NCBI GenBank assembly: GCA_963674755.2
Contig: CAXXVS010000002.1
Location: forward strand, 768,001 to 832,000
Length of the DNA stretch: 64,000 nt
Direction of reading: 5' to 3'
From: Desulfobacterales bacterium
Lineage (GTDB): Bacteria; Desulfobacterota; Desulfobacteria; Desulfobacterales; UBA5852
Shown here: positions 21,055-30,623 of the stretch, one piece after another
How positions within the stretch are numbered: the first letter of the stretch is position 1
Layout of the letters: each line of letters begins with the position of its first letter
Made by a program: the position numbers and the translations under genes
The notes under the pieces: generated by a model
Databases searched by the model: none
Seen by the model: the letters and a program-made list of their open reading frames with translations, nothing else
Told to the model about the DNA's origin: nothing

Positions 21055-22458
21055 ATGCCGAAAACGAAAATCGTTTGTACCATTGGTCCGGCCAGCAGCT
21101 CGCCGGATACCATCCGCGCCATGATCAAGAGCGGCATGAACGTGGCGCGGCTCAATTTCTCCCACGGCACCCACGAGGATCATGCCGAGAAAATCAAGAT
21201 CATCCGGTCCCTGGCCGGGGAGCTCCATCAGCCGGTGGCCATCCTGCAGGATTTGTGCGGCCCCAAGATCCGGGTGGGCACGATCCCCGATCCGGGCATC
21301 CGTCTTAAATCCGGCGAAACCTTTGTCCTCACGGCTGAGGATATCGTCGGCAGCAATGAACGTGTTTCCGTCTCGTACCGCGGCCTTCCGGCCGATGTCC
21401 AAGCGGGCGATCGCCTGCTCCTGGCGGACGGCATGATGGAGCTGGTCGTGATGGGCAGCCAGGGGCCCGATATCATGACCCGGGTCGTCACCGGAGGTGT
21501 GCTGACCTCCCATAAAGGTGTCAACCTTCCCACGGGAAGCATGAAGCTCGAAACCATGACCGATAAGGATCGAAACGATCTCACTTTCGGTCTGGCCCAC
21601 GGGGTGGACTACGTGGCGCTCTCCTTCGTCCGTAGCGTGGAAGACATTCGCGAAATCAAAGGCCTGATTGCCGAACAAGGCCATCAGACACCTGTGGTGG
21701 CCAAGATCGAAAAGCATGAAGCCCTGGACCAGATCGATGAAATCGTCGATACGGCGGATGCCATCATGGTCGCCCGGGGCGATCTGGGCGTCGAAATCCC
21801 CCTGGAAAATGTCCCCAACATCCAGAAGATGATCGTTCAAAAAGCCAACCGACGGGGACGTCCGGTTATCATCGCCACCCAGATGCTGCGTTCCATGGTG
21901 GACGCGCCGCGTCCCACCCGGGCCGAAGCGGCCGATGTGGCCAATGGGGTCCTCGATGGTGCCGATGCGGTCATGCTTTCCGAGGAGACCGCCAGCGGCG
22001 GTTATCCGGTGGAAGCCGTGCAGTTCATGGCTAAAATTATCCGGGCGGCCGAAGAGCGGTTTCCCTACAAACGCTATCTGAAACAGATGCAGCATCTGAA
22101 CATTTCCCAATCCGTGGCCGCGGCGGCCTGCAATCTGGCGGAAAGTCTGAATGCCGCCGCCATCGTGGCCACCACCCGATCCGGCGCCACGGCGCGCCAC
22201 GTGGCGCGCTTCCGACCCCGTGGCCGCCTCATTGCCCTTTCGCCCAGTGAAAAAACCGTTCGACGCCTAAGTATGTGCTGGGGCTGCATTCCTTGCCATT
22301 TGAGCCTTGCCGACGACACGGATGAAATGATCGAATCCGCCGCTGAATCCGCGCTGCAAACCGGACATGTGCACAGTGGCGATCTGGTCGTGATCACCGG
22401 CGGGAGACCGCTTTATGCCGCCGGCACCACCAATATGCTGTGGGTCAAACGGCTCTAA
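21055..22458 (+). CDS. pyk: Pyruvate kinase
   Basis: TKIVCTIGPAS, ARLNFSHG, DLCGPKIR, AKIE, MVARGDLGVE, ATQML.SM, PTRAE. Confidence 0.98.
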   Translation: MPKTKIVCTIGPASSSPDTIRAMIKSGMNVARLNFSHGTHEDHAEKIKIIRSLAGELHQPVAILQDLCGPKIRVGTIPDPGIRLKSGETFVLTAEDIVGSNERVSVSYRGLPADVQAGDRLLLADGMMELVVMGSQGPDIMTRVVTGGVLTSHKGVNLPTGSMKLETMTDKDRNDLTFGLAHGVDYVALSFVRSVEDIREIKGLIAEQGHQTPVVAKIEKHEALDQIDEIVDTADAIMVARGDLGVEIPLENVPNIQKMIVQKANRRGRPVIIATQMLRSMVDAPRPTRAEAADVANGVLDGADAVMLSEETASGGYPVEAVQFMAKIIRAAEERFPYKRYLKQMQHLNISQSVAAAACNLAESLNAAAIVATTRSGATARHVARFRPRGRLIALSPSEKTVRRLSMCWGCIPCHLSLADDTDEMIESAAESALQTGHVHSGDLVVITGGRPLYAAGTTNMLWVKRL

Positions 22459-22530
22459 GGACATAGGGCGCAACCGCACGCGTCTTTAAGGCGTCAGGGG
22501 TGTGCGAAACCGCAGAGAGAAATCAGCGCT

Positions 22531-22740
22531 ATGGGATTCATCCGACGTCAGGAAGAAAAAATGGCCGCCCGCCTGATCCAATGGCACCTGTCGCAAAAGG
22601 ATTTGCCACCGCTGACCGCCGACGAACTAGCGCAGAAATCCTCGCATCTGGTGGCCGATGCCCATCGCGTGGCACGGCAGCGCGGCCAAAATGTGGTGGC
22701 CATTATGAAAGAAATGGTGGCCGAGGTCATGAAGCGTTAA
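22531..22740 (+). CDS. Small hypothetical protein
   Basis: 69-aa ORF with GC3-biased codons and helical amphipathic character, co-oriented after pyk. Confidence 0.55.
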   Translation: MGFIRRQEEKMAARLIQWHLSQKDLPPLTADELAQKSSHLVADAHRVARQRGQNVVAIMKEMVAEVMKR

Positions 22741-22878
22741 CCTCCCGCAAAGGGAGACCCCCTTCATTCATCTGCAGGTCTTACGAAAAACACAGCGAGC
22801 GGCGAATCTGAGAGCGGACCGGTGCCCAAGACACGTCGGCACTGAAGATGCCTCACTTTTCCGATGCCGACTTACATA

Positions 22879-22907
22879 TTGAAATATGGCCGGCGGCATG
22901 CTATGCA
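22879..22907 (+). promoter_or_regulatory. Candidate sigma70 promoter of the liv operon
   Basis: TTGAAA-N17-TATGCA with TG extended -10, about 85 nt upstream of livK. Confidence 0.3.
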
Positions 22908-22993
22908 CCCAAGCTTAAGCTGATATGGCCCACGCTTGCTGTTTTCTTTAACCGCTTCATCCCAAATAATAGGCAGAGCAAAAGGAGGTCGTG

Positions 22994-24157
22994 ATGCGAA
23001 AAGGTTTTCTATTGGTAACCGCCGTTCTGATTCTTGGGCTGGCACTTGCGCCGGGCGCTTGGTCGGCCGACCAGATCAACATTGGTTTCAACATCCCTTT
23101 GACGGGCGACAACCCGGATGTCGGCGCGTCCTCCAAAAATGCCGCCGAAATGTATATCAAGAACAACCCCACGGTGAACGTGGGCGGCAAGACCTATGCC
23201 CTCAATTTTATTTATGAGGACAACGAATACAAGGCTGAATCCGCCGTGAAGGCGATGACCAAACTGATTCAGGTGGACAACGTACTCGGCGTTATCGGCC
23301 CCCAGTCCTCGAGCCAGGCCGTGCCGGCCGGCGAAGTGGCCAACAACGATAAAACCCCTATGATCAGCCCTTGGTCCACCAACCCCAACACGACTCTTGA
23401 TCGGCCTTACGTCTTCCGGGGCTGCTTCCTGGATCCCTTCCAGGGACCGGTAGCCGCTGATTTCGCCACGGAAGAACTCGGTGCAAAGACGGCGGCGGTG
23501 CTCTATGACATCGCGGCCGACTATCCCAAAGGCCTGGCCGAATTCTTCAAGGCTGCTTTTGAAGCCCTGCATGGCAAAGGTTCGGTGGTGGCCTTTGAAT
23601 CCTTCACGACCGGTGACAAGGACTTTTCAGCCCAGATGACCAATATCGTGGCCTCGGGCGCGGATGTCCTGTTCGTGCCCCAATACTACTCGGAAGTCCC
23701 CCTGATCGTTCAGAGCGCCAAAGAGATGGGCTGGGACAAACCCATCCTGGGCTCCGATTCCTGGGGCGGCGGCGACCTGATGGGCCTTTGCGGCGATGCC
23801 TGCAAGGGCTATTATTTCTCCACCCACTATGCAGCCGCCGGCGCCAAGGGCGCTACCAAGGATTTCATCGATGCCTACCAGGCCGCCTATGGCAAAACGC
23901 CTGACGACGTTGCCGCCCTTACTTGGGATTCCTTGGGGCTGATGATTCGCGCCATCCAGGACACCGAAGGCCTATCGGGCGACATCGCGACCGATCGCAC
24001 CAAGGTCAAGGATGCCCTAGCGACCATCAAAAACTTTCCCGGCATCACCGGTGAGATGACCTTTACCCCGGAAGGGGATCCGAAGAAGTGTGCCGTGATC
24101 GTCAAGATTAACGGCGAGGGACAGTTCGAATTTTACAAGTCCGTATGCCCGAAGTGA
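22994..24157 (+). CDS. livK: Branched-chain amino acid ABC transporter substrate-binding protein
   Basis: Signal peptide; IGFNIPLTG, VIGPQSS, ISPWSTNP, YVFRGCFLDPFQG; AGGAGG RBS. Confidence 0.9.
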   Translation: MRKGFLLVTAVLILGLALAPGAWSADQINIGFNIPLTGDNPDVGASSKNAAEMYIKNNPTVNVGGKTYALNFIYEDNEYKAESAVKAMTKLIQVDNVLGVIGPQSSSQAVPAGEVANNDKTPMISPWSTNPNTTLDRPYVFRGCFLDPFQGPVAADFATEELGAKTAAVLYDIAADYPKGLAEFFKAAFEALHGKGSVVAFESFTTGDKDFSAQMTNIVASGADVLFVPQYYSEVPLIVQSAKEMGWDKPILGSDSWGGGDLMGLCGDACKGYYFSTHYAAAGAKGATKDFIDAYQAAYGKTPDDVAALTWDSLGLMIRAIQDTEGLSGDIATDRTKVKDALATIKNFPGITGEMTFTPEGDPKKCAVIVKINGEGQFEFYKSVCPK

Positions 24158-24289
24158 TTCGTCCATCCAACTGATCACTGCCGCACCGGCCGACGAGCCT
24201 ATGGGCATGGACCGGTGCGCGGCATCCAATCAAGGGGCCCGGGTAAAGCCCTCCTGGGCCTCTTGCTATATCTCAGGGAGCGCGTCGGA

Positions 24290-25255
24290 ATGACTTTCAG
24301 CTTTTTCATGCAGAACATGGTCAATGCCCTGCAATGGGGGAGTTTCTATGCCCTCATTGCGCTGGGCTATTCCATGGTTTACAGCATCTTGATGCTCTTC
24401 AATTTTGCGCACGGTGATATTTTCATGGTGGGGGCCTACATCGGTTTGTTCGTGGCCACCGGCCTGATTGCGCTCTTTGGTGCCGGGGCAGGCGCCATGC
24501 TACCGGGGTGGGTGATCCTGGTGATCACCATTCTGGCGTCGATGATGCTGACGGCGTTGGTGGGCGTGATCGTCGAGCGGGTGGGCTACCGGCCGCTGCG
24601 AGACGCACCCCGGGCCTCGGCCGCCATCACGGGATTGATGATCGGGATTATCCTGGAGACCTTGAACATCATTTTCCTCGGAGGACAGCGCCTCAAGTTC
24701 CCCTCGTTGATCGAATCCCATACCTATAACATCGGCGGGGTTTTCGTTACCAACAAGAAAATCATGATCGTTCTGGTTTCGCTGCTGCTGATGACGCTCC
24801 TGCACCAGTTCGTGACGCGCACCAAATGGGGGATGGCCATGCGGGCCATGGCCTTTGATTTCGTGGTGGTGCCCCTGGTGGGCGTTCCGCTCAACACCAT
24901 TGCCGCCATGACCTTTGCCATCGGCTCCGCTTTGGCGGCGGCGGCCGGGATTCTCTTCGGCCTGGCCTATCCGGTGCTCGATCCCTATATGGGGGTCGCC
25001 CTGGGTTGGAAGGCCTTCGTGGCCGCTATATTAGGTGGGCGGGGCTCCATCTTGGGGGCTTGTCTCGCCGGATTCATGCTCGGGTTTATCGAAATCATGA
25101 CGGTGCCGGCCATCCAGATCATAAACCGGCTCTTCGCATTGAATATCGGTTCCAACCTGCGCGACCTGATTGCCTATTCCATTGTTTTGCTAATTCTTAT
25201 TTTTCGGCCTCATGGGTTGTTTGGCGAAGTCTACAGCGCCAAGCTCAGGTTGTAA
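24290..25255 (+). CDS. livH: Branched-chain amino acid ABC transporter permease
   Basis: GSFYALIALGYSMVY..L.LFNFAHGD, TKWGMAMRA, KAFVAAILGG. Confidence 0.93.
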   Translation: MTFSFFMQNMVNALQWGSFYALIALGYSMVYSILMLFNFAHGDIFMVGAYIGLFVATGLIALFGAGAGAMLPGWVILVITILASMMLTALVGVIVERVGYRPLRDAPRASAAITGLMIGIILETLNIIFLGGQRLKFPSLIESHTYNIGGVFVTNKKIMIVLVSLLLMTLLHQFVTRTKWGMAMRAMAFDFVVVPLVGVPLNTIAAMTFAIGSALAAAAGILFGLAYPVLDPYMGVALGWKAFVAAILGGRGSILGACLAGFMLGFIEIMTVPAIQIINRLFALNIGSNLRDLIAYSIVLLILIFRPHGLFGEVYSAKLRL

Positions 25256-25302
25256 GTCATCCCCAAATCGCATAAACCGCTTTCGCAACAGGACATACCC
25301 GA

Positions 25303-26655
25303 ATGGCGACCAATTCAACTCAACCCCCTGCACATGGCTGGCGAGGCACGTTGCAGCAGTTTCTGGCCCCGATACCGGCGCTTGGATTTTTGCTCGGCAT
25401 GCTGGCGTGCGTTTTAATTGAAAAAGGCGCCGGAGAAGGACTGGCCGGCCTCCTGGGACTGCCCAAAATCCCTATCCTGTTCGGCCTCGTCAATATCTTC
25501 AACGTCATTGGCGGGGTGGTCCATATGATAAAGGGAGCGCCTTTCGAAGTGGCCAGCCTGCTTCAGATCCCGGCCTCGCTGGCCTATTTCGCACTGGTTT
25601 ATTTACTCCCGCTGGCGATTGTAGCGCGGCTGCTCGCCAAACCGGCCAATCAAGTGGCCGGCGGGCTGCAAGGACGTTCTCTGCTGATTTCAGTCCTGAT
25701 TCACCTGGCCCTGCTTTACGCGGTTCTCCATCTATGGACCACCGTGAACGACTATCGGCTGATTACCCTAAAAATCATGCTGGTGGCAGTCCTCTTTACC
25801 TTGAGTCTCAATGTCATCAATGGCTACATGGGCGAGTTTTCCTGCTCCCATCCCGGTTTCATGGCCATTGGCGCCTACATGTCATCCCTGTTTACAGTCG
25901 GTCTTTTTGTGGATGACAAGGTGCTGGGGGCAGCCAAATTGGGATTTTCCATGGCCTATCTCACCTTCCCGCTGGCCTTGATTTTCGGGGGCATCGCGGC
26001 CGCTTTGGCTGCTCTGATCGTGGCGATACCGTCCTTCAAGACACGGGGCGACTATCTGGCCATCATCTCACTGGCCTTCCTGTTTATCGTCAAAAGCCTC
26101 TTTGAAAATTTGCAGGGGCTGGGTGGCGCCCGCGGGATTTCCGGCCAACCGGATTGGGCTTCCCTGCCGGTCATTTTCATCGTCGTCGTGGTCGGTATCT
26201 GGGTCATCAATAATTTTGTGACCTCTTCCCTGGGCAAGGCCCTCAATGCGGTTCGTGACGACGAATCCGCCGCCGAGGCCATGACCGTCAATACCCGCAA
26301 GACCAAGATGGCGGCTTTCATGTTCGGCGCTTTCTGGGCCGGAATGGCCGGTGGTCTGCTGGCCCATGTGCTGCGCTACGTCAACCCGGCCATGTTCGGC
26401 ATCCAGAAGCTGGCCGAAGTTCTGGCGATGGTCTATTTCGGTGGTCTCAACTCCGTGGTCGGTTCCATCGTCGGAGCGGTTTCCATCAGCCTCCTGGGAG
26501 AAGCGCTGCGGCCGCTGGAGATTTTCAAATGGATCGTGATACCGCTGCTGCTCATCCTGGTCATGATCTACCGGCCCACGGGATTGATTGCTTTCCGGGA
26601 GTTCGACATTCGCAAGATCCTGCGACCCAAGGGGTCCCTGGACGAGGAGGTTTAG
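25303..26655 (+). CDS. livM: Branched-chain amino acid ABC transporter permease with extended N-terminal TM region
   Basis: SLNVINGYMGEFS..HPGFMAIGAY, RGDYLAIISL, GKALNAVRDDESAA. Confidence 0.9.
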   Translation: MATNSTQPPAHGWRGTLQQFLAPIPALGFLLGMLACVLIEKGAGEGLAGLLGLPKIPILFGLVNIFNVIGGVVHMIKGAPFEVASLLQIPASLAYFALVYLLPLAIVARLLAKPANQVAGGLQGRSLLISVLIHLALLYAVLHLWTTVNDYRLITLKIMLVAVLFTLSLNVINGYMGEFSCSHPGFMAIGAYMSSLFTVGLFVDDKVLGAAKLGFSMAYLTFPLALIFGGIAAALAALIVAIPSFKTRGDYLAIISLAFLFIVKSLFENLQGLGGARGISGQPDWASLPVIFIVVVVGIWVINNFVTSSLGKALNAVRDDESAAEAMTVNTRKTKMAAFMFGAFWAGMAGGLLAHVLRYVNPAMFGIQKLAEVLAMVYFGGLNSVVGSIVGAVSISLLGEALRPLEIFKWIVIPLLLILVMIYRPTGLIAFREFDIRKILRPKGSLDEEV

Positions 26656-26656
26656 G

Positions 26657-27430
26657 GTGGCACTGCTTCAAATCAACCATATGACGCATTACTTTGGTGG
26701 CTTGCGTGCCGTCAGCGACTTCAATCTGTCCATCGAAGCGGGGCAAATCCGGGGCCTGATCGGACCCAACGGCGCGGGAAAGACGACCATTTTTAACTTG
26801 ATCACCGGCATTTATACGCCTACCGAAGGTCAGGTCGAGTTCAAGGGCGAGTCTATCCTGGGGCTGCAACCCAACCAGATCGCTTCGCGCGGCATTGGCC
26901 GCACCTTTCAGGATTTGCGTCTCTGGCGGCACATGACCGTGCTCGAACACGTCAAGCTGGCGCGTTATTCAAAGCTGACCTATGGATTGATGGGGGCCTT
27001 TTTCGACACGCCCCATCGCAACCGGGAAGAGCACGAAAGCGAAGCACGCGCCCGGGAATTGTTGCAGCTCCTGGGAATCGAACATCTGGCCGATCAAATC
27101 GTGACCAATCTTCCTTACGGGGCCCAGCGCCGGGTCGAGATGGCGCGCGCCCTGGCCATCGAGCCGCAGATTCTTTTTCTCGACGAACCCACGGTCGGTA
27201 TGACCCCTGAGGAATTGACGCAGATCATGGACGTGATCCGATCGATCCACAGCAAACTGGGATTGGCCATTTTCCTGATCGAACACCGGCTGAAATTCGT
27301 CATGGAACTCTGCGAGCGGATTCAATGCCTGGTTTTCGGCGAAGCGATTGCCGAGGGGACCCCCGATGAGATCCAGAACAATCCCCAGGTGATCGAAGCC
27401 TATCTGGGAAAAGACATGGTGGAGACATAA
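26657..27430 (+). CDS. livG: Branched-chain amino acid ABC transporter ATP-binding protein
   Basis: GTG start after [45 protein letters not shown]. Confidence 0.95.
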   Translation: MALLQINHMTHYFGGLRAVSDFNLSIEAGQIRGLIGPNGAGKTTIFNLITGIYTPTEGQVEFKGESILGLQPNQIASRGIGRTFQDLRLWRHMTVLEHVKLARYSKLTYGLMGAFFDTPHRNREEHESEARARELLQLLGIEHLADQIVTNLPYGAQRRVEMARALAIEPQILFLDEPTVGMTPEELTQIMDVIRSIHSKLGLAIFLIEHRLKFVMELCERIQCLVFGEAIAEGTPDEIQNNPQVIEAYLGKDMVET

Positions 27431-28140
27431 TGCTGACCATCGAAAATTTACGTGTGAATTACGGTAATATCCGTGCGTTGCACGGTATCAGTCTGACCAT
27501 CGAAGAAGGCGAAATCGTCACCATTATCGGCGCCAACGGGGCCGGCAAGAGCACGACCCTGCGGGCCATCTCCGGTCTCGTACCGATCGCGGCGGAGTCG
27601 CACCTGACCTTCCAGGGGCAGGATTTAAAACGCTTTGCGGCGGACAAGATCGTCAGCAAGATGGGGATTTCCCATGTGCCCGAGGGGCGGCGCTTGTTCG
27701 GGAATCTGACGGTGCTGGAAAACCTTAAGCTGGCCACCTTCGCACGCAAAGATAAGGATGGCATCGCCAACGATATGAAACGGGTCTTCACCATTTTCCC
27801 CCGGCTGGATGAAAGAAAGCATCAAAAGGCCGGCACGCTTAGCGGCGGAGAGCAGCAAATGCTCGCCATCGGCCGTGCTTTCATGAGCGGGCGCCGCATG
27901 ATGCTGCTGGATGAGCCGTCCATGGGTCTGGCTCCACTGCTGATGATGAACGTCTTCGATGCCCTCAAGGAGATCAACAAGGAGGGGACCACGATTTTGC
28001 TCGTGGAACAGAATGCGCGGCTGGCCCTGCAGTTTTCCCAGCGCGGGTATGTTTTAGAAACCGGCAAATTGGTTCTGGAAGGGCCGTCAGCCGAGCTGCT
28101 GAACAATCCTGAAGTTCAAAAAGCCTACCTCGGTGGATAA
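27430..28140 (+). CDS. livF: Branched-chain amino acid ABC transporter ATP-binding protein
   Basis: GANGAGKST, HVPEGRR, LSGGEQQMLA, LDEPSMGLAP. Confidence 0.95.
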   Translation: MLTIENLRVNYGNIRALHGISLTIEEGEIVTIIGANGAGKSTTLRAISGLVPIAAESHLTFQGQDLKRFAADKIVSKMGISHVPEGRRLFGNLTVLENLKLATFARKDKDGIANDMKRVFTIFPRLDERKHQKAGTLSGGEQQMLAIGRAFMSGRRMMLLDEPSMGLAPLLMMNVFDALKEINKEGTTILLVEQNARLALQFSQRGYVLETGKLVLEGPSAELLNNPEVQKAYLGG

Positions 28141-28166
28141 TCCCGCCCGCTAACCGCCAACGCGAT

Positions 28167-28204
28167 CGCCCGGATGCTTTCCAAGCACCGGGCGCTTTTT
28201 GTTT
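28167..28204 (+). terminator. Intrinsic terminator after livF
   Basis: CGCCCGG-ATGCT..AGCA-CCGGGCG stem followed by CTTTTTGTTT. Confidence 0.7.
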
Positions 28205-28328
28205 GTAGCCGGGCCGACTTGCCAAGGGCCAGTTGGTTCCTATCATGAGATCAAACCGAACCATCGCATCGACCATGAAAATTCGCCTGTGCAGGTCTCG
28301 GGCGGAATATCGTGAAAGGAGACTTATT

Positions 28329-29243
28329 GTGAGAACCGATTGTCGATCCGTCGTTCTGGCGTCCCTGGCTGCCGATGCGCTCGCCCTGGGCGCCCATTGG
28401 ATATACGATACCCATCAGATTGATGCCCAAATCGGTCGGGTGGACCAGTTGCGAACCCCGCTGCCCTCATCGTTCCATACTAACAAGAAGCGCGGGGACT
28501 TTACGCATTATGGGGATCAAACGGTTTTGCTGCTAGATTTTCTTGCGGAGACCGGCCGTTTTGACGGCCCTTTATTTTCACGGCGGTGGCAGGACTATTT
28601 CAAGGATTATACCGGCTACCGGGACCACGCCACCAAAGAAACGTTGCAGGGGCTTGAAGAAGGGCGGTCTCCCGAAGAGGCCGGATCGGCATCCTCCGAT
28701 CTGGGTGGGGCGGCCCGCATTGCACCGCTGGTCTTTCGCTACCACGCAGATGAGGATGCTTTGGCGGCGGCTGTCCGGCAACAGACCGCCCTGACCCACC
28801 GGCATCCGGATGTCGTTGACAGTGCCGCCTTCTGGGCACGGGTGACGACGGCCGTCCTGGGGGGCCAGACACCCTTGCAGGCCTTGCAGGACGTCCTCCA
28901 ATCCTATTATAATCGTTCCCCTTTCGACCGCTGGGTGACCCGCGGCATCGACAGCCGCGAAATGACTACCCGGGCGGCCATCGGGCAATTCGGTCAGGCC
29001 TGCGATGTGGGCGCCGCTTTCCCCGGTGTCGTTCACCTGATTGCCAAATATCAGGACGATCCCCGTAGCGGGCTAGTCGCGAACGTCATGGCCGGCGGCG
29101 ATTCGGCCGCGCGGGGATTGCTGGCGGGAATGGTTTTCGGCGCTTTTGCCGGAAGGGAAGCGGTCGACCCCGATTGGGTGACAGGCTTGAACGACCTTCG
29201 CCGGATTGAATCGGATCTGGATCGGCTGTCGTCGGCGGGGTGA
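28329..29243 (+). CDS. ADP-ribosylglycohydrolase family protein
   Basis: ADALALGAHW, HYGDQT, GGAARIAPL, TALTH, NVMAGGDSAARG; AAGGAG RBS before GTG28329. Confidence 0.85.
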   Translation: MRTDCRSVVLASLAADALALGAHWIYDTHQIDAQIGRVDQLRTPLPSSFHTNKKRGDFTHYGDQTVLLLDFLAETGRFDGPLFSRRWQDYFKDYTGYRDHATKETLQGLEEGRSPEEAGSASSDLGGAARIAPLVFRYHADEDALAAAVRQQTALTHRHPDVVDSAAFWARVTTAVLGGQTPLQALQDVLQSYYNRSPFDRWVTRGIDSREMTTRAAIGQFGQACDVGAAFPGVVHLIAKYQDDPRSGLVANVMAGGDSAARGLLAGMVFGAFAGREAVDPDWVTGLNDLRRIESDLDRLSSAG

Positions 29244-29246
29244 AAT

Positions 29247-29687
29247 ATGAAATGGCTGCTGGCCATCCTGGCAATGGTTTATGTCTTGGTTCCCTGGGAT
29301 GTGCTGCCGGATTTTTTGGTCGGCTTGGGCTGGCTGGATGATCTCCTGCTGGCCGGTCTGGTCTGGTATTTCTTTTTCAGAAGGAGCGAAAGACCCACTG
29401 GGCAAAACGATCCGGGGGCGAACAGCGGTTCAGCGCACAGGCACCAACAGTCGCAGCAAAAGACGGCCAATGAAGCCGGCGATGCCGAAGCGGCACGGGA
29501 TCCCTATCGTATTCTGGAATTACAACCCGGTGCCGGTCAGACGGAAATCCGGGCGGCTTATCGTCGATTGGCCACCCGCTATCATCCGGATAAAGTGGCC
29601 CATCTGGGGGAAGATTTCCAAGCCCTGGCCGAAAAAAAATTCAAAGCCATTCAAGCGGCTTACGACATGCTGCGCCAGCACCGCTAA
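29247..29687 (+). CDS. DUF1232 (YkvA-like) membrane domain fused to a DnaJ domain
   Basis: YVLVPWDVLPDF.VGLGWLDD N-terminus; DPYRIL...YHPDKV...F..IQ.AY J-domain with HPD motif. Confidence 0.85.
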   Translation: MKWLLAILAMVYVLVPWDVLPDFLVGLGWLDDLLLAGLVWYFFFRRSERPTGQNDPGANSGSAHRHQQSQQKTANEAGDAEAARDPYRILELQPGAGQTEIRAAYRRLATRYHPDKVAHLGEDFQALAEKKFKAIQAAYDMLRQHR

Positions 29688-29703
29688 AGGTCCTAACAAC
29701 CGT

Positions 29704-30405
29704 CTAGTCAGGCTCGTTGATGAGCATGGTGGCCGGGTCGAAGCGTACGGCTGTATTGCACCGGAGATTTTCAAACCCCTTGAGGATACAGATGTGGATG
29801 TCCTGGCCCTCCGGCTGCAATTGCACCGCCACCTCGAACAGATCCTGCAGGGATGACAACTGCGGGGGCATACCGTCCGGCAGCGGTGTTTCATGGCGAT
29901 GGGTCCGCACCGTAAACCAGCATCGTACCCCGGTCTCGACGCTCAATTCTTTCAGCTCTTCGAGCTGGCCGCGGATATCGCCTTCAAAGGGCATTCCGTC
30001 CACGATGAGGGTGTGCGGCCGGAAGATACTCTGCTCCATCAAATCGGTCATCCGTTCCCTGAGTTTCGGTACACTGAAGCCTTCCACCTTGAAGGTCATG
30101 ATGAAACGGCGGGGCAGCACGTCGTCCCACAAGGGGGAGGACGCCTTCAAATGACGCTTTTGCGTCAACAGATTAAAAACCTCCTGGTACCACAGGGTGA
30201 CCTTATCCACCGGGTCTTCCAGGCTGACATGCAGAACGTTGCGATCCTGCAGCATGGTATACAGGGCAATCTGAACCAGGAAGGCGGTTTTGCCGATACC
30301 GGCGCGGGCCAGGACTGCTCCGAAAGCGCCGTCCGGCAAACTGTCCTCCGAAGTCAGGCCCAATTGGTGAAGCGGATTTTTTAACAACAGGTCCTTTTTC
30401 ATCAT
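29704..30405 (-). CDS. RecA/KaiC-like P-loop ATPase, function unknown
   Basis: Walker A ARAGIGKT, VLHVSLE, Walker B LIVDG. Confidence 0.75.
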   Translation of the reverse strand: MMKKDLLLKNPLHQLGLTSEDSLPDGAFGAVLARAGIGKTAFLVQIALYTMLQDRNVLHVSLEDPVDKVTLWYQEVFNLLTQKRHLKASSPLWDDVLPRRFIMTFKVEGFSVPKLRERMTDLMEQSIFRPHTLIVDGMPFEGDIRGQLEELKELSVETGVRCWFTVRTHRHETPLPDGMPPQLSSLQDLFEVAVQLQPEGQDIHICILKGFENLRCNTAVRFDPATMLINEPD

Positions 30406-30623
30406 GGTCAGGTTCCTTTTCCTGATGGTGATGAGTCGTCCGCAGGGCCCCCGGGAGGCGGATTCAAGGCAGGGGACCGATGTCGTTCCGACAGGTTGTG
30501 CTCGAACGGGCAAGGGCCGTACAAACGGTGATAGCGTGCCTTTCAACAACCCGTCTCCTTTGAGCGTTGGTAAGAGGTGCGGGGCGCCTGGTCGTGCTCC
30601 CGCGACCGATCAGATCGCTGCCA

